A stretch of DNA of 32,000 nt from Candidatus Kuenenia stuttgartensis (GTDB taxonomy: Bacteria; Planctomycetota; Brocadiia; Brocadiales; Brocadiaceae): positions 810,001-842,000 of the forward strand of contig NZ_LT934425.1 in the NCBI RefSeq assembly GCF_900232105.1, given 5' to 3'. Below the pieces are notes generated by a model, which worked only from the letters and a program-made list of their open reading frames with translations, did no database searches and was not told the origin of the DNA. This document shows, piece after piece, positions 1 through 9,493 of the stretch; the stretch's first letter is position 1; each line of letters opens with the position of its first letter. The position numbers were made by a program, and so were the translations under genes.

Positions 1-244
1 CCAGGGTAGACTTGTTTTCCAGCAGAGAAGATGAATTTACATATTGAAAACGCATGACTGCCTTTTCAATTTCCCATCGTTCAGGAACACTGACCGGGAT
101 TGTGTATTCAGCGCTAATACATTTTAAATCGATGCTTTTAACAAGGGTATTGGTAAATTTATATAAGGGCACTTCTACTACTGCCGCATGCGCCAGATGT
201 GCCAGGCAGAAGATGGTTGCTATACAGAGAAATAATTGTTTCAT
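1..244 (-). CDS. bcsB: Cellulose synthase regulatory subunit BcsB-like, N-terminus only (runs off window)
   Basis: Manual reverse-strand reading gives MKQLFLCIATIFCLAHLAHAAVVEVPLYKFTNTLVKSIDLKC...VPERWEIEKAVMRFQYVNSSSLLENKSTL: signal peptide plus BcsB-like start. Its start overlaps the bcsA stop (ATGA, 241-244). Confidence 0.65.
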   Translation of the reverse strand, partial: MKQLFLCIATIFCLAHLAHAAVVEVPLYKFTNTLVKSIDLKCISAEYTIPVSVPERWEIEKAVMRFQYVNSSSLLENKSTL

Positions 245-2532
245 TTTGTATGCAATCCCTCAAGCTTCATCTTTTTCAGCCACAATGACTGCATTTTCCC
301 ATATATTACAAAAAAACTTTTTTTCAGTACGCTATACAATAATTTCGACGAAAGTGTAACGCAGTCCCTGCTCCCCTTTATACCCATACGCACAATAAAA
401 TAGAAGATCCCCCACGGACTTACACGCTTAAACCGCTTCTGCAAAAAATCTTCCCATCTTTGACTGTCGCCATACACATATTTAATCAAACGCAATTGCG
501 CCGCTTTTCCTTTTGCAACAAAATCACATCCGCAGAAAACATACTCTTTCTTTTTTATCTTACGGAATATTCTTGCATCAAATGCATATTTTTCCCCATA
601 AATATCTCTGACGTTTAATACAACATCCTCTTCCGGTTTTATAGGAAACGGCGTTTTCAACTGCACCCCCATCCCTGAATACGAGATATCCTTTATTTCA
701 CCCTGCACAATATACTTCATGCGCGGAAAATACACATTGACCTCGCCCCGCGCCCACATGCGATGATGACGGCGTATCTGCCTTCTCTCTACAAACGCAC
801 CCAGCGACGCCACAGCGATAAAAAGATTAAACATCGTCCATGACAGGGTAATAAGGATAATATCCCGGTATAATGGGAATTGTATCCACTTTACTATCCC
901 CACAGGAACACACACGGCAATTACCAGTACCATGAGAAGGAATGGAATTGCCTGCCTGGTGAGAACCGTTTCGTCCAGACTCTGTCCTTTCGGGGTAACC
1001 TTAAAGGTGGGATGCCGTGGATTTCTGATAACGGAAAATATCACGGGTATAAGGAATATAGACAGCACGCTTTCATATATTTCCGAAAAAAACGGCCATC
1101 TGAATTTGCCGTGGAGAAAGTCCGTCACAACAATACACCCAATAACGTGGGGCAATGCATATGCCACTATCTCTGCAAAAGATGCATGGTATACCTTCAA
1201 TCCGAATAATAAAAATGCCGCAGGGACAATATAAAAAATAAACCTCGAAAACCCAAAAAACCAGAATAGGGAAGCGCTCATATAACAGAGACGCTGATAC
1301 CATTTCATTCCTTTTGCGAATAAGGGATTCTTCAGTATGAAAATTTGTATCATACCCTGCGCCCAGCGGCTCCTTTGTACAAGCATATCATCAAAGTTCT
1401 CAGGCGACAATCCGCATACCATTGGCCTGTCGATATACACGCTATTATAGCCCTTGCTATGTAAAGCAACGGTTGTTTCCGCGTCTTCAGTTATCGTTTC
1501 GCCGGCAATTCCCCCAACCTCCATTAAATATTTTCTACGCAAAAGGGCGGCGGAACCGCAGAAATACGAAGCATTCCAGGAATCAAGGCCATGATGGATA
1601 CCGTGATAAAACATCTCATTCTCGCCGGGGGCTTCGCCAAATATCGCAAGATTTTTTTCAAACGGGTCAGGATTTATGAAAAAATGAGGTGTTTGCACAA
1701 GAAAAAGCATTTCATCTTTCAGAAACCATCCTGCCGTATTCCGTAAAATATCCCTTGTGGGTACATGGTCGCAATCCAATATGAGTACAAGCTCAGCGCT
1801 TGTGTGCTGCAGGGCATGGTTCAGATTCCCCGCCTTGGCATGCACATTTTGCTGCCGCGTAATATAACTGATACCCAGTTCCTTCGCCATCCTCTTCAGG
1901 GAATAATGCCTTTTCCACGCATCCATTCCCTTTTCGGGATGATTCCTTTTGGCGACAGTGCCGCCGTCATCCAGTATATAAACATTAAACTTGTCCTTTG
2001 GGTAGTCAATCTGCGTACACGAAAGGGCAGTAGTTCTTATAACATCTTCAGGTTCATGGTAAGTGGGGATAAAAATATCCACCGTGGGATACAGCCGGGA
2101 GTCGGCAGGCAAGGGCGCTATCTTGTGGTTAAGCGGCCATATATTGACAAATAAACCGAAAAAGTGAATGGCAACCGCATATGCCTCCGCAAGATAAAGC
2201 AAAATGGTTGCCGCATAATCCAATGGCCCCGTGTACACCAAACTCTGGAAAGTACGCCAGAGCAAATACCGCAGGGTAATAAACACAATGATCAGGATGA
2301 AGAGGATTCGCAAGGGCGGGCGTTTAAATACCTCTATTTTACCAGCAACTATTATAAAACCTATAAGACCCCAGAATATCCCAAGCTGGTAGTAAATATC
2401 CAGATAACATCCCGCCATGAAAATAAAAAAAAATGCCCCCACACCCGCAAAAATACACATCAGATAAAAAATGGATTTTTCGGCATCAAACTTTCCGGTT
2501 TTTATTTTTGGCATATTTCCAATAGGAAGCAT
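241..2532 (-). CDS. bcsA: Cellulose synthase catalytic subunit (UDP-forming), GT2 with C-terminal PilZ domain
   Basis: 763 aa; multiple TM segments; DDGG, DCDH, TEDAE and QRSRW motifs typical of BcsA; RRQIRRHHR...DISYSGMGVQL PilZ-like region. Confidence 0.92.
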   Translation of the reverse strand: MLPIGNMPKIKTGKFDAEKSIFYLMCIFAGVGAFFFIFMAGCYLDIYYQLGIFWGLIGFIIVAGKIEVFKRPPLRILFILIIVFITLRYLLWRTFQSLVYTGPLDYAATILLYLAEAYAVAIHFFGLFVNIWPLNHKIAPLPADSRLYPTVDIFIPTYHEPEDVIRTTALSCTQIDYPKDKFNVYILDDGGTVAKRNHPEKGMDAWKRHYSLKRMAKELGISYITRQQNVHAKAGNLNHALQHTSAELVLILDCDHVPTRDILRNTAGWFLKDEMLFLVQTPHFFINPDPFEKNLAIFGEAPGENEMFYHGIHHGLDSWNASYFCGSAALLRRKYLMEVGGIAGETITEDAETTVALHSKGYNSVYIDRPMVCGLSPENFDDMLVQRSRWAQGMIQIFILKNPLFAKGMKWYQRLCYMSASLFWFFGFSRFIFYIVPAAFLLFGLKVYHASFAEIVAYALPHVIGCIVVTDFLHGKFRWPFFSEIYESVLSIFLIPVIFSVIRNPRHPTFKVTPKGQSLDETVLTRQAIPFLLMVLVIAVCVPVGIVKWIQFPLYRDIILITLSWTMFNLFIAVASLGAFVERRQIRRHHRMWARGEVNVYFPRMKYIVQGEIKDISYSGMGVQLKTPFPIKPEEDVVLNVRDIYGEKYAFDARIFRKIKKKEYVFCGCDFVAKGKAAQLRLIKYVYGDSQRWEDFLQKRFKRVSPWGIFYFIVRMGIKGSRDCVTLSSKLLYSVLKKSFFVIYGKMQSLWLKKMKLEGLHTK

Positions 2533-2581
2533 GGTGTTTATTTACGTTTTACGATTTACGATTTGAGAGAGAGAGAGTAGG

Positions 2582-2599
2582 GACACGCCATGGCGTGTC
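2582..2599. repeat. Perfect 18-bp palindrome GACACGCCATGGCGTGTC
   Basis: Self reverse-complementary; lies just upstream of bcsA in its promoter-side intergenic region. Confidence 0.7.
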
Positions 2600-2678
2600 T
2601 CAAAAGAAACCACAGATTTCACCGATTAAAAAATCGTAACAGTTCACCCCCCCCTGCTGTGGAAAAAACCTTTTCTGT

Positions 2679-2904
2679 TTATACCTCGTTCTTTATCCAA
2701 TCATTTTTTGTAATCCCTGCTTGCCTGATTATTCCTGTTAACAGATCAATACTTATTTCTTTCCTGTGAGGATTTGGAATTGTTAGTCTTAAACTGCCCT
2801 TTACCATAATAAAGGTGCTTTCCGCCTCCATAAGGACCTTCAAAGCCGAACATTCTTAGTTTCTTCACAAGTTCATTATAAGAAGTGGGAGTAAGTTTAG
2901 GCAT
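2679..2904 (-). pseudogene. hicA: HicA-family toxin, interrupted by a +1 frameshift
   Basis: Reverse strand: MPKLTPTSYNELVKKLRMFGFEGPYGGGKHL, then in the neighbouring frame MVKGSLRLTIPNPHRKEISIDLLTGIIRQAGITKNDWIKNEV*. Total 226 nt = 3n+1. The start abuts the hicB stop. Confidence 0.75.
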
Positions 2905-3153
2905 TTATATACTTACTTCCTCTACTTCTTTAATTTCAGTATTACCAAGTTTTGGCATAGAAAGCCCTTTTCTAATACTAATAAGAATCCAACCCTCTAT
3001 AACTTCTTTCAAGTTATTTCTGCATTCTTCAAGTGTTTTGCCCGTAGCCCAGACACCGTTAAGCCCATGCACCTCACCATAGTAAGGTTCTTCGTCTTCT
3101 ATTATCTCATAATGTGCCTTTTTTAATGCCTCGTTTATATATTCAGTAATCAT
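2905..3153 (-). CDS. hicB: HicB-family antitoxin
   Basis: 82 aa: YYGEVHGLNGVWATGKTLEECRNNLKEVIEGWILISIRKG matches the HicB-like fold; directly upstream of the hicA remnant. Confidence 0.85.
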   Translation of the reverse strand: MITEYINEALKKAHYEIIEDEEPYYGEVHGLNGVWATGKTLEECRNNLKEVIEGWILISIRKGLSMPKLGNTEIKEVEEVSI

Positions 3154-3270
3154 AAGTATTTATCCCCAAAAAGTTCTTTTTCAATCCACAGAGCGCAGAC
3201 TTCGTAGTGAGCTCAGTCGAACGGTTAACACAGATTTTAACCAAGCTTTTCTCTTCTTTTTAACATTCCT

Positions 3271-3425
3271 AAACACTTTGGTTTTTTGAAAAATTCCAAT
3301 AATATAATAACATTGTTTTGCCGCACGGTGTAGAGGCGAAGCATTTGCAATAACTGGCATATATGCGTTCATGCCCAAACATGCAAATGCATCACCCCTA
3401 CGGTTTCATAAAACTAAATTGTTAC
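3271..3425. mobile_element. MITE-like hairpin element, copy A (degenerate ends)
   Basis: AACACTTTGGTTTTTTGAAAAATTCCAATAATA...GTGTAGAGGCGAAGCATTTGC...GCAAATGCATCACCCCTAC...AAAACTAAATTGTTAC; shares arms, loop and ends with 9494-9643 and 20308-20458. Confidence 0.65.
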
Positions 3426-3648
3426 CAAAAAAATGTCCTTAAATAAATTCCATATCTCCTGAATACTTTTTTCCGTTTCTTTGGCGGTCATTTTTTGCCT
3501 CCTTAACAAACTTATTGAAAAATTATGCCGGAAAACTAATGCGTTATAAAAATACTATTGTTAAACATGATTAAATATGTTAACAGATGAGACTTTCAGA
3601 CAGCAATAACTTCATGCAATCATTTCATTCTTATCTATCTGAAACAAA

Positions 3649-4999
3649 ATGGGTTCTATAAAAGATACGTGCGTAGCCATTATACCTACCATACACAATA
3701 TTGCACCATCAAAATCCGTTGAATGTTACCTGCAACAAATGATGCTTGAAGGCTTTGTCATGCCAATGTGCATTGTCGATAATTCCGAAAGCCCTATCTA
3801 TGAAAAGAACCGCATATACCTTGAAGAAGTAAAGAATCGTCTCAAAGGAAAGATTGCGCTGTATCATTTCGGAAAAGAGGAACAAAAGATGTTTTTTTGT
3901 GAACTGGCAAAAAGGGGTATCGACCGTAAATCCATTGAGATATAGTCAAATAAATCTATTTTTCGAAAAACATTACAGGTAGGGGCGAAGCATTTGCCTG
4001 CATATAAGAGAGAGACGTAAAATGCTGTACATACGTCAACCCCGCTACGTTGAAGGAATTATGCTGTACGCATGCAAATGCTTCGCCCCCATTTTCCAAA
4101 AAGCCAAATTACCGCTAAGGTTCTAAAATCAGATTTGTTTGACTATACTAAAAACTGCCTCGGGGTACGGGGCGTCAAGAAATAAATGCTTTCTCCTCGC
4201 AAAGTATTTGGGTGCGGAATCAATATTTTTCTTTGACGACGATACCCGCCCTGATGGCGCCATATTTAAGGCCCACTTTGAAATACTTGGCGGGGAAAAA
4301 GGTTCACGAAAAATATCAATCGTGAGCGGGCCGTACACGGGGGTACGAGGCATAAATTTTACCTTTATAGAAAACCGGGAAGACCAATTAAGATTTTTGG
4401 CGGCATTGGGTCACCACGGCGAAAGCTCTTTACGCTATCTGAAGCATAAGGATACAGCAACAGAAAATGCGATGGACGAAAACGTTGAACACCATCTTGA
4501 AATCGTAAAAAATATACGCGGAGGAAATTTTGTTATTGATAATATTTACGAGGATATCGTTTGCCCAATCATAAAACAAGCGCCAGGCATCGACGATACC
4601 TTTGTCGCCCAAAGGGTTATTGAAAAAGGCCGCCAGGTAGTGAAAAGCCGGAAATCCGTTATTCACGAACATTTTAAATATAAAAGCAACAAACACTCCA
4701 TTCTTGCCTATTTAGAATCATGGGCGCGAACAATTTCATTTGAATCGCTCTACCATGGAATGAATTTTGAAAACACAAAACAACATATTTTACATTACGG
4801 AAACACCCTGCTTACCCTTGAAAATAAATACTGCAAATCTATTGGCAAAAAAATACAGGATGAAGAATATATAACCTCCCTTATTCATGAAATTTCCGGA
4901 AGCATTAACGATTATCAAAGACTCAAAAAGACATGGAAACACATCATCGATATGTGCAGTAGTGCAGAACTTTTACCTATTGAAAAACTGAAAGTATAG
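3649..4999 (+). pseudogene. GT2-like glycosyltransferase gene split into two ORFs (3649..3945 and 4139..4999)
   Basis: First ORF: CVAIIPTIHNIAPSKSVECYLQQ...CIVDNS. Second ORF: ASGYGASRNKCFLLAKYLGAESIFFFDDDTRPDG...ISIVSGPYTG. Together they resemble one glycosyltransferase; the hairpin element lies between the halves. Confidence 0.5.
3946..4112. mobile_element. MITE-like hairpin element, copy B (different loop), inside the glycosyltransferase gene
   Basis: Arms GTAGGGGCGAAGCATTTGC / GCAAATGCTTCGCCCCC near 3979 and 4073; outer right end CCAAAAAGCCAAATTAC. Left end approximate. Confidence 0.55.
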
Positions 5000-5009
5000 T
5001 CAAACCAAC

Positions 5010-5229
5010 TGGGGAAATACGAAATACGAAGTACGAAACAAATCCGAATAACAAAGCATAAAATTCAAAACAAACCCAAAACTTCCCTGTCTGCGTGCGA
5101 TCACGCACAGGCAGGCAACAATATGAAGCGCGAAATGCGAGATACAAAAGATGCACTTGTTTAGAATTTCAAATCATTTTGTCATTAGAATTTGTTTCGG
5201 ATTTCGTGTTTCGTGCTTCGGATTTCACA
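5010..5229. repeat. Imperfect hairpin-type intergenic repeat (arms built from GAAATACGAAGTACGAAACAAAT-like words)
   Basis: GAAATACGAAATACGAAGTACGAAACAAATCCG near 5010 versus TTTGTTTCGGATTTCGTGTTTCGTGCTTCGGATTTC near 5190; a 47-bp segment (5153-5199) recurs at 17868-17914. Confidence 0.6.
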
Positions 5230-5318
5230 GTTACCGGATTTCACCAGTAAATATTTTGCCAAAAAGCACGCACTGACGAATGGAAGTGTGCAAAGAAATT
5301 ACTGATAAGGTACTAAAC

Positions 5319-6278
5319 ATGGACATAAAACAATACCGGTTAGTTACAAAGGGCGATTTTGACGGTTTGGGATGTGCGATTCTTTTTAAGTCGCTGGGGA
5401 TAATAGAAGACATCCTCTTCACCCATCCAAAAGAAATCGAAAGTGGAAATATTCAAATCACAAGCAATGATATCATGGCAGGATTACCCTATAGAGAGAA
5501 AGCCTATTTGGTATTTGACAATTATCCCGGTAGCATAAAAAACAGCGTTGGCAAAAAGAACAATTTCATTATCGACACCAATACCCCATCAACTACAAGG
5601 GTGGTATATAATTATTTCGAGGGAGGGAAAAGTTTTTCTGACATCAGTGATGAGTTGTTATCCGCGGTAGATAAAGGATACACCTCCAACTTCACTACGT
5701 ATGAAATTCTTTATCCTGCAGGCTGGAATCTTTTGAATTACATAATCGATCAAAGAACCGGCCTTGAAAAATTCGGAAAGTTCCGGTCTTCGCATTACCA
5801 GTTGTTGCTTACATTAGTTGACTACTGTAAAAATCACACCATATTGGAAATACTCGGTTTGCCTGAAATGGAGGAAAGGATTGAGATCTATTTTTCCGTT
5901 GTCGATCAGTGCAAAGAACAGGTTTTACGACGTGCTTCCATATATCACAATTTAGTGGTAATTGACCTTCGGCATAAAGACGTAATTTATCCCGGCAACA
6001 GGTTTATTGTATATGCGTTATATCCGGAATGCAACGTGTCGCTCCATATCCTGTCTGATACCGCTCGTAACAAAACCATCTTTGTGGCGGGGAAATCCAT
6101 TATCGACAGGTCGTATAAGGCACATATCGGGAAAATAATGTCGTTACATGGCGGAGGTGGCCACGCAAACGCCGGAACATGCCAGGTTTCCAATGAGAAT
6201 GCGGAAGAGGTGCTGGAGGCATTAATCCGAAAATTACAATACGGCGTCCTCAAAAATCTCATTATGGGCTATTTTTAA
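5319..6278 (+). CDS. DHH/DHHA1-like phosphoesterase family protein (divergent)
   Basis: Start at internal ATG (MDIKQYRLVTKGDFDGLGCAIL); N-terminal GDFDGLGCA and C-terminal GGGGHANAGTCQV resemble DHH and DHHA1 motifs. Confidence 0.6.
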   Translation: MDIKQYRLVTKGDFDGLGCAILFKSLGIIEDILFTHPKEIESGNIQITSNDIMAGLPYREKAYLVFDNYPGSIKNSVGKKNNFIIDTNTPSTTRVVYNYFEGGKSFSDISDELLSAVDKGYTSNFTTYEILYPAGWNLLNYIIDQRTGLEKFGKFRSSHYQLLLTLVDYCKNHTILEILGLPEMEERIEIYFSVVDQCKEQVLRRASIYHNLVVIDLRHKDVIYPGNRFIVYALYPECNVSLHILSDTARNKTIFVAGKSIIDRSYKAHIGKIMSLHGGGGHANAGTCQVSNENAEEVLEALIRKLQYGVLKNLIMGYF

Positions 6279-6394
6279 TAACCGGAACCTGTATAAAAAT
6301 ACTGACTTCCCATTTATAACATATTCATTTATACTATTCGGGGAACTTGTTGTGAGTTTGCAACCTGAACCTCTAATTTAACCTGCGGGAAGAA

Positions 6395-6862
6395 ATGGGT
6401 TTTTCTGTAAAAAAAGGAATTTATTGCCTTATAATTAAACTTTCTCAGGAACGGGAAATACCCATAGGCAAATTAGGCACGTTTCATTTTCCGGCGGGTT
6501 TTTACGTCTACGTTGGGAGCGCACAAAACAGCCTGCGCCTAAGAATTGAACGGCATTTGCGTCAAACAAAAAACAACCGCTGGCACATTGACTACCTGCT
6601 GGATTACGGACAAATCATAACAGTGTATTCTTACGCGAAGGATAAAAGTCTTGAATGTGTACTGGGGCATAAGATTGCCTCTTTACCAAAGGCAATTTTT
6701 CCCATAAAAGGTTTTGGTTCATCAGACTGTTCATGCATCACACACCTTTATTTTTTCCCGGATAATCCCTCTGGCGCATTGGCTTCTTTCAAAGGCAAAT
6801 TTGCCTTGCTGGAATGCAGGCACTATAATACAAATGGAGAAGATGAGAGGTATAGCAAATGA
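6395..6862 (+). CDS. DUF123 / GIY-YIG-like nuclease family protein
   Basis: GIYCLIIKL...FPAGFYVYVGSAQNSLRLRIERHLR...RWHIDYLLDYG...SSDCSCITHLYFF is characteristic of DUF123 proteins; overlaps the mutS start by ATGA. Confidence 0.8.
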   Translation: MGFSVKKGIYCLIIKLSQEREIPIGKLGTFHFPAGFYVYVGSAQNSLRLRIERHLRQTKNNRWHIDYLLDYGQIITVYSYAKDKSLECVLGHKIASLPKAIFPIKGFGSSDCSCITHLYFFPDNPSGALASFKGKFALLECRHYNTNGEDERYSK

Positions 6863-9471
6863 TCACTGAAACCCCTATGATACGCCAATATAATGAGATC
6901 AAAAAAGATCACAAAGATGCGCTGCTTTTCTTCCGCATGGGCGATTTTTATGAATTATTTTTTGAAGACGCAAAAATTGCCTCAAAGATATTAGGGATTA
7001 CCCTTACTTCCCGTTCCAAGGGTGAAAATGCGGTTCCTATGGCAGGCATTCCTCATCACGCCTCAGAATCCTATACCCGAAAACTAATCAAAGCAGGTCA
7101 TAAAGTGGCGATCTGCGAACAACTGCAAGACCCCGGCGAGGCGAAAGGAATTGTTGACCGCGGGGTTATCAGAATCATTACCCCGGGCACGGTTACAGAA
7201 GATGCGCTCCTTGATGGTAAAAACAATAATTATTTATTGGCACTGTGGAAGGATAAGGAAATTTTTGGCTTGTCATGGATAGACCTGTCAACCGGAAAAT
7301 TTGAAATTGAAGATATTCGGGAAGAACGCCTTTTTGACGAATTAGCCCGGTTAAACCCCTCCGAAATAGTGCTGCCCGACGATATTACGGAAAGCAACGC
7401 CACCTTCACACAAAGGATAAGAACCGAATGCAATGCCATGATTACACCGCTGCCCGCCTGGGAATTCTCGGAAAGCACCGGCTATCAGGCATTATTGGAA
7501 CACTTCGGCACACATTCCCTGGAAGGATTCGGATGCCAGGACGCAGGAGTTGCCCTGGGCGCCGCAGGCGCAATATTGCATTACCTGAAAGAGACACAAA
7601 AGACGTCGCTCAAACACATCGCCAAAATACAAAAGTACGAAACAAACAACCGGGTGATTATGGACAGGGCGACGCAACAAAGCCTGGAACTAACACAAAC
7701 TATCCGAAACAAAAACCGCGAGGGATCGCTTCTTGGAGCGCTTGATCAGACAAAAACACCTATGGGCGCAAGATTGCTTAAGGATTGGGTCATAAGCCCG
7801 CTGAAAAATCACGATGAGATCAAATATCGCCAGCTTGGGGTAAGAGAATTCACCGAAAAACCGGAGTTGCGAAGAGAAATCATCGCCATCTTACACGATA
7901 TTTATGATATTGAAAGGATTGCGGCAAAGGTAAGCTGCGGACGTGCAAACGCACGCGACCTCATATCGCTGCAGCAATCTCTCTCAAAATTGCCGGAACT
8001 CAAGGAAAAACTGGATTTTTTTATCACCGCTATTATTTCAGACAGAGAAAAGGAGATCGACCCCCTTGATGAATTAAGAACGCTGATAGGCATGGCAATA
8101 TCACTTGATTCGCCGCATTCTCTCAAAGAAGGCGGTATTATTAAAGAAGGGTATGATGCAGCGCTTGATGAACTACGCTACATATCCAAAAATGGAAAAC
8201 AATGGATTGCACATTTTCAGGCGGAAGAAATTGCCAGGACAAATATTAATTCCCTTAAGGTAGGATACAACAAGGTTTTTGGGTATTATATTGAAATTAC
8301 CAACACTCACCGGGAAAATATCCCCCCTGCCTATATCAGAAAACAAACCTTAAAGAATGCCGAGCGGTATATCACGCCGGAGTTAAAAGAGTATGAAACA
8401 AAAGTGCTCACCGCGGAAGAACGCGCAAAAGACCTGGAATATGATCTTTTTATTCAATTACGGGACAAGGCGGGCACTTTTACGAAACAGCTCCAGGGCA
8501 TTTCAGAGGCAATTGCCCAAATTGACGTCCTGTCAACATTGGCTAAGATTGCAGTAGAAAACAGATATGCCATGCCTGAAATTACAGACAGTTTGGAACT
8601 CAATATAAACGACGGCTGCCATCCTGTGCTTACTATGGAACTTGATAGAGAAAGGTTTGTGCCTAACGATATAAATTTAGACGGCGTCCAGGATAAGACG
8701 ATGGTCATAACTGGTCCCAACATGGCTGGAAAAAGCACCTATATCCGCCAAACGGCGCTTCTCGTAATTATGGCGCAAATGGGCAGTTTTATCCCGGCAA
8801 AAAATGCGACTATCGGCACTGTAGACCGTATTTTTGCGCGCGTCGGCGCATCCGACGAGCTATCAAAAGGGCAAAGCACCTTCATGGTGGAAATGAATGA
8901 AACCGCAAACATCCTGAATAATGCCACAGAACGTAGTCTGATTATCTTAGATGAAGTAGGAAGAGGGACAAGCACTTTTGACGGTATCAGCATTGCATGG
9001 GCAATTACAGAATATATTTACCAAAATATCGGGGCACGAACGTTATTTGCCACACATTATCACGAATTAACGGAATTATCGCTGCTCTTCGCCGGCATTA
9101 AGAATTTCAATGTCGCGGTGAAGGAATGGGGAGAAGAGATAATCTTCCTGCGAAAAATTGTTGCAGGCGGAACAGATAAAAGCTACGGAATACATGTTGC
9201 GCGGCTTGCAGGAATACCGAAGCAGATTATTCAGCGTGCGCGCTCTATTTTGAACAACCTGGAAGCGGCGACCTTAGACATAAACGGCAAACCGAAGTTT
9301 GCCCCTTTAAAAACAGACCATGTAAAAAAGCCCCGTCAACGAAAACTCTTTGCCTCAAAGGAAGATTTGGTAATCGATGAAATAAAAAAACTTTCTCTCG
9401 ATGAAATAGCGCCGGCTGACGCCCTAAATAAACTTGCCGAATTAAAGAAAAGGCTTTATGAAGATGAGTAA
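6859..9471 (+). CDS. mutS: DNA mismatch repair protein MutS
   Basis: 870 aa; TPMIRQYNEIKKDHKDALLFFRMGDFYELFF, Walker A TGPNMAGKST, LDEVGRGTSTFDG, ATHYHEL. Confidence 0.98.
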   Translation: MITETPMIRQYNEIKKDHKDALLFFRMGDFYELFFEDAKIASKILGITLTSRSKGENAVPMAGIPHHASESYTRKLIKAGHKVAICEQLQDPGEAKGIVDRGVIRIITPGTVTEDALLDGKNNNYLLALWKDKEIFGLSWIDLSTGKFEIEDIREERLFDELARLNPSEIVLPDDITESNATFTQRIRTECNAMITPLPAWEFSESTGYQALLEHFGTHSLEGFGCQDAGVALGAAGAILHYLKETQKTSLKHIAKIQKYETNNRVIMDRATQQSLELTQTIRNKNREGSLLGALDQTKTPMGARLLKDWVISPLKNHDEIKYRQLGVREFTEKPELRREIIAILHDIYDIERIAAKVSCGRANARDLISLQQSLSKLPELKEKLDFFITAIISDREKEIDPLDELRTLIGMAISLDSPHSLKEGGIIKEGYDAALDELRYISKNGKQWIAHFQAEEIARTNINSLKVGYNKVFGYYIEITNTHRENIPPAYIRKQTLKNAERYITPELKEYETKVLTAEERAKDLEYDLFIQLRDKAGTFTKQLQGISEAIAQIDVLSTLAKIAVENRYAMPEITDSLELNINDGCHPVLTMELDRERFVPNDINLDGVQDKTMVITGPNMAGKSTYIRQTALLVIMAQMGSFIPAKNATIGTVDRIFARVGASDELSKGQSTFMVEMNETANILNNATERSLIILDEVGRGTSTFDGISIAWAITEYIYQNIGARTLFATHYHELTELSLLFAGIKNFNVAVKEWGEEIIFLRKIVAGGTDKSYGIHVARLAGIPKQIIQRARSILNNLEAATLDINGKPKFAPLKTDHVKKPRQRKLFASKEDLVIDEIKKLSLDEIAPADALNKLAELKKRLYEDE

Positions 9472-9493
9472 TGAACAAAAAACGGATAATGAA

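Noticed and set aside
3181-3378. 65-aa minus-strand ORF
   Set aside because: Low-complexity sequence partly formed by repeat DNA (copy A hairpin); no recognisable domain.
3271-4112. Possible CRISPR array from recurring GGGGCGAAGC words
   Set aside because: Repeats are inverted pairs in about 150-bp units, not regularly spaced direct repeats with unique spacers; no cas genes in the window.
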